Assembly (NCBI GenBank): GCA_964442385.1
Contig: CAYTYZ010000015.1
Location: forward strand, 1-25,891
Length of the DNA: 25,891 nt
From: an uncultured Gammaproteobacteria bacterium
Lineage (GTDB): Bacteria > Patescibacteriota > Microgenomatia > UBA12405
Direction: 5' to 3'
Below are positions 7,270-14,656 of this stretch, piece after piece (within the stretch, counting starts at the first letter, position 1; every line of letters begins with the position of its first letter). The notes under the pieces were generated by a model. That model was not told the origin of the DNA. It did no database searches and worked only from the letters and a program-made list of their open reading frames with translations. Both the position numbers and the translations under genes were made by a program.

Positions 7270-9315
7270 ATGCAAGGAATTTTGGGAAGTCTAGCGGGTC
7301 TTTGGTGGCTTATACCCATCATTGTGGTGGTCTTGTTTATGATCTTTGGTGGTTTTCGCCTATTCTTACGTCTGTTTGGTATCATTATGGTGCCCGACAA
7401 CTCAATTGGATTGGTTACCAAAAAATTCGTGCTTACAGGCAAGAATCGCGTGCTTCCAGCCGGCAAGGTTATGGCCCTGGAAGGTGAGGCTGGCTATCAA
7501 GCCAGAACTCTCGAGCCGGGTATCCACTACTTTATGTGGCCCTGGCAATACTCAGTTCGTTTGGAAGAGTTTACAACCATCCCCCAGGGGCATGTCGGAA
7601 TTGTGGAGTCAATCGATGGTGCCACTCTGGAGCCTGGTCGAATCTTGGGTCGTTCTGTCAAATGTGACAACTTTCAAGATGCAGAAGGATTCCTACGCAA
7701 TGGTGGCCAGCGTGGTCCTCAAATGGGAGTGATTCCTCCTGGTACCTATCGTATCAACACAGTGTTGTTCAAGATCACTCTTGACAAGCAGACTGTGGTG
7801 GAATCAGGTCAAATTGGCGTGGTCGAAGCACTTGATGGTGCCCCTCTTCCAGCCGGTCGAGTCATTGCAACCAACGTTATTCCGGCTACCTTTCAGAATC
7901 CACAAGCCTTTATCGACAATGGTGGCCAGCGTGGTCCCCAAATGGCAGTTCTGACCGCCGGTCAGTACATGATCAACCCCTTGATGTTCAATGTCCGTAC
8001 AGTCGATGTCATCGACGTTCCGGATGGAAAAATCGGCGTGGTCGCCACAAAGGAAGGCATGAGTTTGGGCAAGGATGATGTGGCAGGACCAGAAGTTCCT
8101 GGTCATGACATGTACCAGAATCCGCAAGCCTTTGTCGACAAGGGTGGCTTTAAAGGTGTCCAGGAGCAGGTTTTGCCACCTGGTCGATACTTCATCAACC
8201 CTGACTTTGCAACCGTACAGCTGGTCGATATGACCGTTGTGCCTATTGCTCATGTGGGTGTAGTCATCTCCTATGTAGGTGCGCCAGGACAAGATGTTAC
8301 TGGTGACACCTTTAAACATGGCAACCTTGTCAAAAAGGGTGAAAAGGGGGTCTGGGTCGAGCCTCTTGATCCTGGAAAATTCCCGATCAATCCTTATACC
8401 CACAAAGTTGAGCTGGTTCCAACAGCCAATGTGGTGCTCAACTGGGCCACTGGCAAGACCGAAAGTCATCGCCTTGACGAGCGTCTGTCGACTATCAAGG
8501 TTCGCTCTTCTGATGGCTTTACTTTCAACCTCGATGTTAGCCAGATTATCCATGTGCCTCGCAACGATGCCCCTAGGGTCATCGCTCGCTTTGGTAACAT
8601 GCTCAACCTGGTTACCCAAGTTCTGGAGCCAATTATTGGAAACTATTTCCGAAATGCGGCCCAGGAGCACGACGTCATTTCCTTTCTGAAAGAGCGCACT
8701 GGCCGTCAGGACCAAGCCAGAAAGAAAATTCTCGAAGCACTTCAAGAGTACAATGTTGGAGCCGTTGATACCCTCATCGGGGATATTGTACCGCCAGAAG
8801 AACTTATGAGGACTCTGACTGACCGCAAGATTGCAGAGCAGGAAACAGTTACCTACAAGACTCAGATGCAAGCTGAAGCCGTGCGTCAGGAGTTGGAACA
8901 GGCCAGGGCGCTTGCAAATACCCAGGCCAGGGTTGTTGACTCTGAACGCAAGGTCAAAATGGCTGAGTACGATGCCAAGGCTAACATCGCAGAAGCCGAA
9001 GGCAAAGCCAAGGCTAAGACAGTTAATGCGGCAGCGGATGCCGAGGTGACCCGAGTCACAGGTGAGGCCGAGGCTGGAAAGATCCAAGCAATTGGTTCTG
9101 CTGAAGCTGATGTTACCAGACTAAAAATCGATTCAATGAAGTCAGATAATTATGCGGCGGTTGAGATTGCCCATGTGTTTGCCGAAGCTGCCAAAAATGG
9201 AGCAAATCTGGTACCCCAGATCGTTGTCTCTGGCCCTGGTGATGGTTCGAATGGCAATGGTCTATTGAACGCTGTTATGGCCAAAATGCTGGTCCAGCAA
9301 ACAGACGCTAAGTAG
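7270..9315 (+). CDS. SPFH/band-7 flotillin-like membrane protein (681 aa) with an N-terminal TM anchor, an internally repeated N-terminal segment, and a C-terminal Ala/Glu-rich coiled coil
   Basis: N-terminal TM (LWWLIPIIVVVLFMIFGG). SPFH core (...STIKVRSSDGFTFNLDVSQIIHVPRNDAPRVIARFGNMLNLVTQVLEPIIGNYFRNAAQEH...). Flotillin-type EA-rich coiled coil (AEAVRQELEQARALANTQARVVDSERKVKMAEYDAKANIAEAEGKAKAKTVNAAADAEV...). Strong terminator downstream. Confidence 0.85.
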   Translation: MQGILGSLAGLWWLIPIIVVVLFMIFGGFRLFLRLFGIIMVPDNSIGLVTKKFVLTGKNRVLPAGKVMALEGEAGYQARTLEPGIHYFMWPWQYSVRLEEFTTIPQGHVGIVESIDGATLEPGRILGRSVKCDNFQDAEGFLRNGGQRGPQMGVIPPGTYRINTVLFKITLDKQTVVESGQIGVVEALDGAPLPAGRVIATNVIPATFQNPQAFIDNGGQRGPQMAVLTAGQYMINPLMFNVRTVDVIDVPDGKIGVVATKEGMSLGKDDVAGPEVPGHDMYQNPQAFVDKGGFKGVQEQVLPPGRYFINPDFATVQLVDMTVVPIAHVGVVISYVGAPGQDVTGDTFKHGNLVKKGEKGVWVEPLDPGKFPINPYTHKVELVPTANVVLNWATGKTESHRLDERLSTIKVRSSDGFTFNLDVSQIIHVPRNDAPRVIARFGNMLNLVTQVLEPIIGNYFRNAAQEHDVISFLKERTGRQDQARKKILEALQEYNVGAVDTLIGDIVPPEELMRTLTDRKIAEQETVTYKTQMQAEAVRQELEQARALANTQARVVDSERKVKMAEYDAKANIAEAEGKAKAKTVNAAADAEVTRVTGEAEAGKIQAIGSAEADVTRLKIDSMKSDNYAAVEIAHVFAEAAKNGANLVPQIVVSGPGDGSNGNGLLNAVMAKMLVQQTDAK

Positions 9316-9339
9316 ACAATTGTTTTAAATTTAGTTAGT

Positions 9340-9373
9340 AGCCCCCATCTTTTATAGATGGGGGCTTTTTTTT
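9340..9373 (+). terminator. rho-independent terminator (agcccccatct-tttat-agatgggggct + TTTTTTT)
   Basis: 11-bp perfect stem at 9340-9350 / 9356-9366 with a 5-nt loop and a 7-T run at 9367-9373, 25 nt after the flotillin stop. Confidence 0.85.
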
Positions 9374-9374
9374 A

Positions 9375-9486
9375 CGAAAAAAGCACTCTTGGGAAATAAG
9401 TTAAAGAAAAGTCTAAAGCAAATCAATGCGCGATTGCATTTTTTACTTTAACTTTACCTTCAACTCACCCTTGAGTGCTTTTAAAT
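9375..9486. repeat. ~112-bp repeat element, copy 2
   Basis: Direct repeat of 6607-6719 with the same orientation. TIR-like ends at 9379-9393 and 9468-9482, and the same internal hairpin plus T-run. Sits immediately after the flotillin terminator. Confidence 0.75.
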
Positions 9487-9492
9487 AAATAG

Positions 9493-9909
9493 CTAGTCGT
9501 CCGACATGCTGCTTCCAGCAGACGAACGCGCAGTAACCGTAACTGATACAGTGGGGATACGCAAAATCCCAAAGGCCACAGTCATCACCAGTACTGCCAG
9601 TGTCGAAGTCCAGTCCACTGTAAACCAGTGTGTAAGAATGGATGTTCCCCAAAGGATAATTCCACCCGACAAAAACATTTTGATTGGAATCGTGAAACAT
9701 CCAATAAAACAACTGCCCACCACAAAAAGGTAATATACAACATCAAAGACAATTTGCACCAACCAGCACACCAGCGCTGTCAGGGCCAATGTCTGCCACA
9801 ACGGCCAATCAGTCTTGAAAGTAATCCAGCCCAGAGCTGAAAAAACCCAAAGCCAAAAGGCACCAATAAAAAGATTTCCAATCACACGCCAAATATTTGA
9901 ACTTGTCAC
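9493..9909 (-). CDS. hypothetical membrane protein (138 aa, ~4 TM), GTG start with AGGAGG SD
   Basis: The start codon is GTG (cac on plus at 9907-9909), preceded on the minus strand by aaaaaggaggaaac. Hydrophobic segments. GC-rich like the flotillin gene. Confidence 0.55.
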   Translation of the reverse strand: MTSSNIWRVIGNLFIGAFWLWVFSALGWITFKTDWPLWQTLALTALVCWLVQIVFDVVYYLFVVGSCFIGCFTIPIKMFLSGGIILWGTSILTHWFTVDWTSTLAVLVMTVAFGILRIPTVSVTVTARSSAGSSMSDD

Positions 9910-10005
9910 GTTTCCTCCTTTTTGTTCTATCTACTGCGACTTTTAAAGATCAAAAGGAGTATATCACATTTATATAGGACTACAAATCCACACTTTCTAT
10001 CCTTG

Positions 10006-10077
10006 TGACCCTACGGAGAATCGAACTCCGATTGTTCGGATGAGAACCGAATGTCCTAGCCGTTAGACGATAGGGCC
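10006..10077 (-). tRNA. tRNA-Glu (anticodon CUC), no encoded CCA
   Basis: Hand-folded from the reverse complement. Acceptor GGCCCTA/TAGGGTC (one G-U pair), D-arm GTCT/GGAC, anticodon stem TTCGG/CCGAA with loop TTCTCAT (U33, CTC, A37), 4-nt variable loop, T-arm CGGAG-TTCGATT-CTCCG, discriminator A. Confidence 0.75.
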
Positions 10078-10144
10078 TGCTATGAGCCTATTGTATCAAA
10101 ATTTAGATGTGATATAAAATCATTGTGACTAAAATTGGGCCAGA

Positions 10145-10568
10145 AATGTCATTTGCTTTCAGGGAGTTGGGGATTAGCCTTAGTCCACGGCCACCCAGTA
10201 TTCAAGAATTAACTTCTTATCAGGTTCAACTTCGAAGTCAAAAAATAGTAGCCAAATTAGCAGGAGCCATGCCAGTTTTTAAATCAGTCTTATTTACCCC
10301 AGAAAATTCCCAGGCTGACATGGATGGAATAGATGTTATATTAACTACGAAATTTGCTGACCCAAAAGAACTTAATGCACAAATTAAAGTAAGTCCCATC
10401 GGATGTGCTAAATTCTTTGATAAAATTTATCGCAAATATGGACTAATGTATCAAGACGTACCCTTGTGGCTAGCCCATAGGCGCACCTTACTGATTCGAG
10501 CCGATACCGAACAAAATGCCCTAGCCTGTATGTATGCTCAATTTGCTAGAATGAACTTACCATGTTAA
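10145..10568 (+). CDS. hypothetical protein (~141 aa)
   Basis: The track ORF begins at GTG 10125; the first ATG is at 10145. The stop overlaps the start of the next gene (ATGTTAA). No family recognised. Confidence 0.4.
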
Positions 10569-11644
10569 CCAAAAAACCTCTTTTATTTTTACTTTTCTTA
10601 AATTTAGTCCTGCCACTTTTTGTTTGGGGTATTTTCAAATATCAAGATAAAATGCCTATCCTGTGGAAAAACTACGATGGCCCTAATTATTTAATAATTG
10701 CCAAGTGCTGGTACGACAAGTCTTGTATAGGCAAAAACTTTTCCAGCCCATTGCCTTTGGAATACTACCCAGCCCACTTACCTGGTTACCCAGCCATAAT
10801 CTTTTCTTTAAATACGGTCTTTAACGGCCCCACAGCCATGTTGTTGGCCACTCTACTCGGTAATCTAGCTTTAACCGTTTACTTTTACAAATTTTTACTT
10901 TTATATACTGATCCCAAAAAAGCTTTTTGGGCTAGTCTGATGTTTACCATTTTTCCTGGTCGCTTTTTTGCTACCAAACTAGTCGGTGCACCGGAATCTT
11001 GGTTTGTGGGCACAATTTTAGCCAGCCTATATTACTACAAAACAGGCAAGTCCTGGCTCTCAGCTATATTTTTAGGCCTAGCTCAGTCGTTTAAGTCCCC
11101 AGCCATTTTATTGCTTCTGGCTTTTACTATTCATGCCTTTTTAACTAAAAAACTTACCAAAATTATTCCTCACTACTTAGTTGTTTTTACGGTAGTACTT
11201 GCAATTTTTAGCCTATACAAGGCGCAAACCGGAGATTTTTTTGCTTACTTTAATAGTGGCGACAACCGTCATCTTTTGCCCATTCCTTTTCAAGTATTTT
11301 TATCCAACCAAGCTTGGGTACAAACCATTTGGCTAGAAGAAATACTCTATATTTTGGCCTTATCTTTTTTTGGTATCTATTATCTTTACCAGCAATACAA
11401 GCTAGATATTACTGTGATTTTTACCAGCCTTTTTACACTGGCAATAGTTTTTGTGGGCCACCGGGATATTTCTCGCTATGCCGGTCCCATTTACCCTTTT
11501 TTGTACCTAGCATTTCTGCCGGCTATAGCAAATAAATATACTAAAATTGTCTTCTTATTACTTCTTCCAGCCGTGATTCTATACAGTCTAAATTTCCTAA
11601 ATGGCAACACTGGCCCGGTGTCAGACTGGGCCCCTTATTTATAA
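10562..11644 (+). CDS. polytopic integral membrane protein (360 aa, ~10 TM); possibly a GT-C/EpsG-like glycosyltransferase or polymerase
   Basis: Many hydrophobic segments, with aromatic-rich loops reminiscent of glycosyltransferase or O-antigen-polymerase-like membrane proteins. The functional assignment is only a guess. Start overlaps the upstream stop. Confidence 0.55.
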   Translation: MLTKKPLLFLLFLNLVLPLFVWGIFKYQDKMPILWKNYDGPNYLIIAKCWYDKSCIGKNFSSPLPLEYYPAHLPGYPAIIFSLNTVFNGPTAMLLATLLGNLALTVYFYKFLLLYTDPKKAFWASLMFTIFPGRFFATKLVGAPESWFVGTILASLYYYKTGKSWLSAIFLGLAQSFKSPAILLLLAFTIHAFLTKKLTKIIPHYLVVFTVVLAIFSLYKAQTGDFFAYFNSGDNRHLLPIPFQVFLSNQAWVQTIWLEEILYILALSFFGIYYLYQQYKLDITVIFTSLFTLAIVFVGHRDISRYAGPIYPFLYLAFLPAIANKYTKIVFLLLLPAVILYSLNFLNGNTGPVSDWAPYL

Positions 11645-12517
11645 GATCTGGAACTTGCCCCCCACTTCTTCAACAACTCCTTTCAGAGAAAGCAGAGACA
11701 GTATTCCAGATACCTCAAAGCTATTTTTGCCAAGTTCTTTGGCAATCTCGTCAATAGTTGAAGGTTCTCGAATCAATATGTCCACTATTTCTTTATCTTC
11801 AGGCCGCAGGTCTTCAAAAAGCTGCATTTGGTCAGAGCTATTGTCTTTTGGAAGTCCCAAAATATCCTCAGGTCCTGCTACTAAATTTGCTTTAAGATCT
11901 TGAATAAGTGAGTTGCAGCCCATACTAGTTTTGGAAAAAATAGAGCCTGGGACTGCATACACATCTCGGCCCATTTCATTAGCAATTCTGGCTGTAATTA
12001 AACTACCCGACTTTAACCCTGCTTCAATAACCAGCACTCCTTTGTTAGACAACCCAGCCACTATTCTGTTTCTCTGTGGGAAACTCCACAAAGTAGCAGA
12101 GAAATTATCATCATACTCACTTACAACGAGGCCTCCATTTTCAATTATTTCTACATACAAGTTTTCATTGTTTGTTGGTGTACACACATTTAAACCACTA
12201 GGCAAGACAGCAATAGTTTTGCCGCCGCTCTCCAGTGTTTTTTTGTGAGAGAAAGTGTCAATTCCATAATAAAATCCACTTACAATACTGTATTTTTTGG
12301 CCACCAGGGCTGGTAAAAACCTGTCAATTATATCCAGTCCATAACGAGTATTACGCCGCGATCCAACCACTGCCAGAGCTTTATCAAATATGTCTTTTTT
12401 CCACTCACCTCTAAATCTTAATCTTTTGACAGGTTTTTTAAACTGCCGCAGTATATCTGGAAACTCCTCACTTTTCCAATCAATTTCTTGCACTTTATAA
12501 CTTTTAAAATTGGTCAT
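11639..12517 (-). CDS. dprA: DNA processing protein A (Smf)
   Basis: Rossmann-like DprA core: ...IVSGFYYGIDTFSHKKTLESGGKTIAVLPSGL...LYVEIIENGGLVVSEYDDNFSATLWSFPQRNRIVAGLSNKGVLVIEAGLKSGSLITARIANEMGRDVYAVPGSIFS.. followed by a C-terminal winged-helix-like tail. Confidence 0.9.
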   Translation of the reverse strand: MTNFKSYKVQEIDWKSEEFPDILRQFKKPVKRLRFRGEWKKDIFDKALAVVGSRRNTRYGLDIIDRFLPALVAKKYSIVSGFYYGIDTFSHKKTLESGGKTIAVLPSGLNVCTPTNNENLYVEIIENGGLVVSEYDDNFSATLWSFPQRNRIVAGLSNKGVLVIEAGLKSGSLITARIANEMGRDVYAVPGSIFSKTSMGCNSLIQDLKANLVAGPEDILGLPKDNSSDQMQLFEDLRPEDKEIVDILIREPSTIDEIAKELGKNSFEVSGILSLLSLKGVVEEVGGKFQIL

Positions 12518-12866
12518 AGTGACTTATTCTGTTAATCGTTTTATCTTGGTTTAATACAATACACACCGCCTCAATTCTTCGCGCCAGCTCTTTATATTTT
12601 GGATTTATCACCAAAAAAGCATTAGCGACACGCTCCACTCTTGCTAATTTACCTGCATTTAACATTTCTTCGGGAGTACCCCAGTCCTCACCTATCTTAA
12701 GTTTTACCTCCACAAAAACAATGGTCCTGTCTTTTGTCATAATCAAATCAATTTCTCCTAAAAAATTTCTATGATTGGACTCTACGAGAGCATATCCCTT
12801 TCCCTCCAGATATTTTCTGGCCCTATCCTCACCCAGCCTCCCTTTGTCAAAGTTAAACTGTTTCAC
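12504..12866 (-). CDS. yraN: YraN-family (UPF0102) putative endonuclease
   Basis: GEDRARKYLEGKGYALVESNHRNFLGEIDLIMTKDRTIVFVEVKLK... matches the YraN pattern (GE..A..YL...GY.IL..N.R...GEIDLI....VFVEVK.R). The track ORF extends to a TTG at 12890; GTG at 12866 gives a typical ~119-aa length. Its 3' end overlaps the dprA start by 14 nt. Confidence 0.7.
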   Translation of the reverse strand: MKQFNFDKGRLGEDRARKYLEGKGYALVESNHRNFLGEIDLIMTKDRTIVFVEVKLKIGEDWGTPEEMLNAGKLARVERVANAFLVINPKYKELARRIEAVCIVLNQDKTINRISHYDQF

Positions 12867-12880
12867 TACAATAACTATAC

Positions 12881-13519
12881 ATGATTGCAATTCTAGAGGA
12901 ATATTATCTAAACATAAGAAACTATATTATTTTTCTTAAAAATCGAAATCCACCACCTCAGTGGAGCAGGGGGGAAAAAGACCTCCTTGTTATCCAAGGA
13001 CTAAATGAGAGCTATGTCTATTGGTTAACTATTTGTACCCACCTAAACCAAGCAGGTTACAAAATACATTTTATTCCTTTTAATACCCGTAATTCAGTCA
13101 AAAATATTTCCCAGGAGCTTGCCAACTATATCCGCTCTAATCTGTCTAATGATTTCTCAATTATTTCACACTCCAAGGGCGGAATAATTGCCAAATATTT
13201 AGCCGACAACTATCCCGACATACATACTAAAACTGCAAAAATAATCACCATTGCCTCGCCTTGGTCTGGCACTATTTTCGGCCTGCTTCCATTTTGGTAT
13301 ATGCCAGAACTATTGCCTTCCTCGCCCCTGGTAAAAGAGCTAAAACGCTTGCCAGCGCAAAAAATTACTAATCTATTTCCCGGTATCGATAATAGAATAT
13401 TACCCAACTCTTCACTTGTATTACCAAGTGCCACGAATATAAAGATTAATATCTTTGGACATACAAGAATACTTGAAGCATCAGAAGCGGTTGAGGCAAC
13501 TATGCAAGTGCTAAAATAA
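12881..13519 (+). CDS. alpha/beta-hydrolase fold protein, lipase/esterase-like (GxSxG = HSKGG)
   Basis: KDLLVIQGLNESYVYW...AGYKIHF (HG-like oxyanion region), nucleophile elbow ISHSKGG, and a later ...IFGHTRIL. Resembles Lipase_2/PGAP1-like hydrolases. The N-terminal ~30 aa may be upstream of the true start. Confidence 0.55.
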   Translation: MIAILEEYYLNIRNYIIFLKNRNPPPQWSRGEKDLLVIQGLNESYVYWLTICTHLNQAGYKIHFIPFNTRNSVKNISQELANYIRSNLSNDFSIISHSKGGIIAKYLADNYPDIHTKTAKIITIASPWSGTIFGLLPFWYMPELLPSSPLVKELKRLPAQKITNLFPGIDNRILPNSSLVLPSATNIKINIFGHTRILEASEAVEATMQVLK

Positions 13520-13522
13520 CCC

Positions 13523-14656
13523 ATGGATTTAAAAAGCCAATATGATCTTTTTACCAAGCCAGGTGAGGTCTTGGAGCCCGGTACCTACACTAGGACCATT
13601 TCTCCTAATGAATTGAAAGGGAGAACTGCAAAGGAAGTAACTGTATCCACCCTTTTGGGAGAACGACAAACAGTTCTAACCTCAATTAAACTAGACCACG
13701 AAAATGGCCAAGATTTACCCTGGAAAACTGTAGTATTAATAGGTGGAGGAGCATCAAATGCAGTTGGTAACTCTCGCATGGCAAGTCTATATATAGAAGG
13801 AGTTGCAGATACTAAACTAGGAAAAGACTACAATCATCGCATTATCATCTTGCCACACGTACGCTCTTCGGCACGCACAACTGGACATGCTGAAACCTTT
13901 CAGACCCAGACCTTGGATCTAGCCAAAGTTCTAGATAACCCAGAACTAAATCCAACCGAAGACATGACCATTTTGGGATTTTCGGCCGGTGGTGCCCAGT
14001 CTATGGCACTTGCAGCCGAGATGGGTGATCGATGCAAAAATTTAGTACTTATGGATTCTGCCGGTCTAAGCAACCACCCTGATTTAGTAAAGGAGTTTAC
14101 CACAGGGTCGGCTATTGCCTTATTGAAAAAATGCTTTTCTGATAAATCACTAAATTTGGGACAAAAGCTAAAGGCCTTTTCAACAGAAATGGGCAATTCT
14201 TGGATTAGAACCAGGGCCAGTGCGGGGTCAGTTTTGGGGATACTGGACGACCTGCTAAGTGGTGGCACACAGGCAGAAGTAGATACAATGGCCAAAGCTT
14301 TCGGCTTTGATGCTAAAACCGCCTCTTTGGGTCCAGACACAAAGCAAGTTATGCAAAGACTTCCCCAAGATACTCTAGAGAAAATTACCGCCAAGATTGT
14401 ATATTCACCAGTAATTTTTGCCAGAGTGGTAAATGATGTCGTAGACGGACTTGGATGGCCATCTTTACTAAAAGAAGAACCCGAAAAAATTGCTTTAGAA
14501 TTGTCCAATTATCTTCGTCAGCTTTTTCCACGCTCACCACAAATAAATACCGTTTTAATACCCGACACTACCCATACCTCCGTCATGTCGGAAAAAAAAT
14601 ATTGGACCAACGCCTTTGAACCGATAGTTTCTGCCAAGTCTACGGCTCACTCCTAA
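13523..14656 (+). CDS. alpha/beta-hydrolase fold protein (GxSxG = GFSAGG), 377 aa
   Basis: VVLIGGGASN... then the nucleophile motif ILGFSAGGAQSMALA and a VLMDSAG strand. Starts 3 nt after the preceding hydrolase gene. Specific family not recognised. Confidence 0.55.
   Translation: MDLKSQYDLFTKPGEVLEPGTYTRTISPNELKGRTAKEVTVSTLLGERQTVLTSIKLDHENGQDLPWKTVVLIGGGASNAVGNSRMASLYIEGVADTKLGKDYNHRIIILPHVRSSARTTGHAETFQTQTLDLAKVLDNPELNPTEDMTILGFSAGGAQSMALAAEMGDRCKNLVLMDSAGLSNHPDLVKEFTTGSAIALLKKCFSDKSLNLGQKLKAFSTEMGNSWIRTRASAGSVLGILDDLLSGGTQAEVDTMAKAFGFDAKTASLGPDTKQVMQRLPQDTLEKITAKIVYSPVIFARVVNDVVDGLGWPSLLKEEPEKIALELSNYLRQLFPRSPQINTVLIPDTTHTSVMSEKKYWTNAFEPIVSAKSTAHS

Noticed and set aside
7804-9087. 427-aa minus-strand ORF antisense to the flotillin-like gene. 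There are also plus-strand ORFs 7302-7487, 7346-7732, 8279-8689 and 8831-9049 nested in other frames.
   Set aside because: The plus-strand frame 7270-9315 has clear SPFH/flotillin sequence features, an SD, a promoter and a strong terminator. The GC-rich, Ala/Gly/Val-rich coding sequence generates long spurious open frames on the opposite strand. The antisense product is low-complexity, Cys- and Leu-rich, with no recognisable features.
6729-9909. Reading the GC-rich tract as definitive proof of horizontal transfer.
   Set aside because: All three genes in the tract encode membrane or Ala/Gly-rich proteins, whose codons are intrinsically GC-rich. Without GC3 and codon-usage statistics the compositional signal alone is not decisive. 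It is kept as a hypothesis in the findings.
13900-14508. 202-aa minus-strand ORF inside the second alpha/beta-hydrolase gene. Similar shadow ORFs occur at 15301-15825, 14861-15058 and 15140-15322 inside comM, at 1272-1598 inside membrane gene 1267-1551, and at 5959-6340 inside the 341-aa gene.
   Set aside because: They lie antisense to, or frame-shifted within, genes that have much stronger evidence. None has start-site signals or recognisable motifs.
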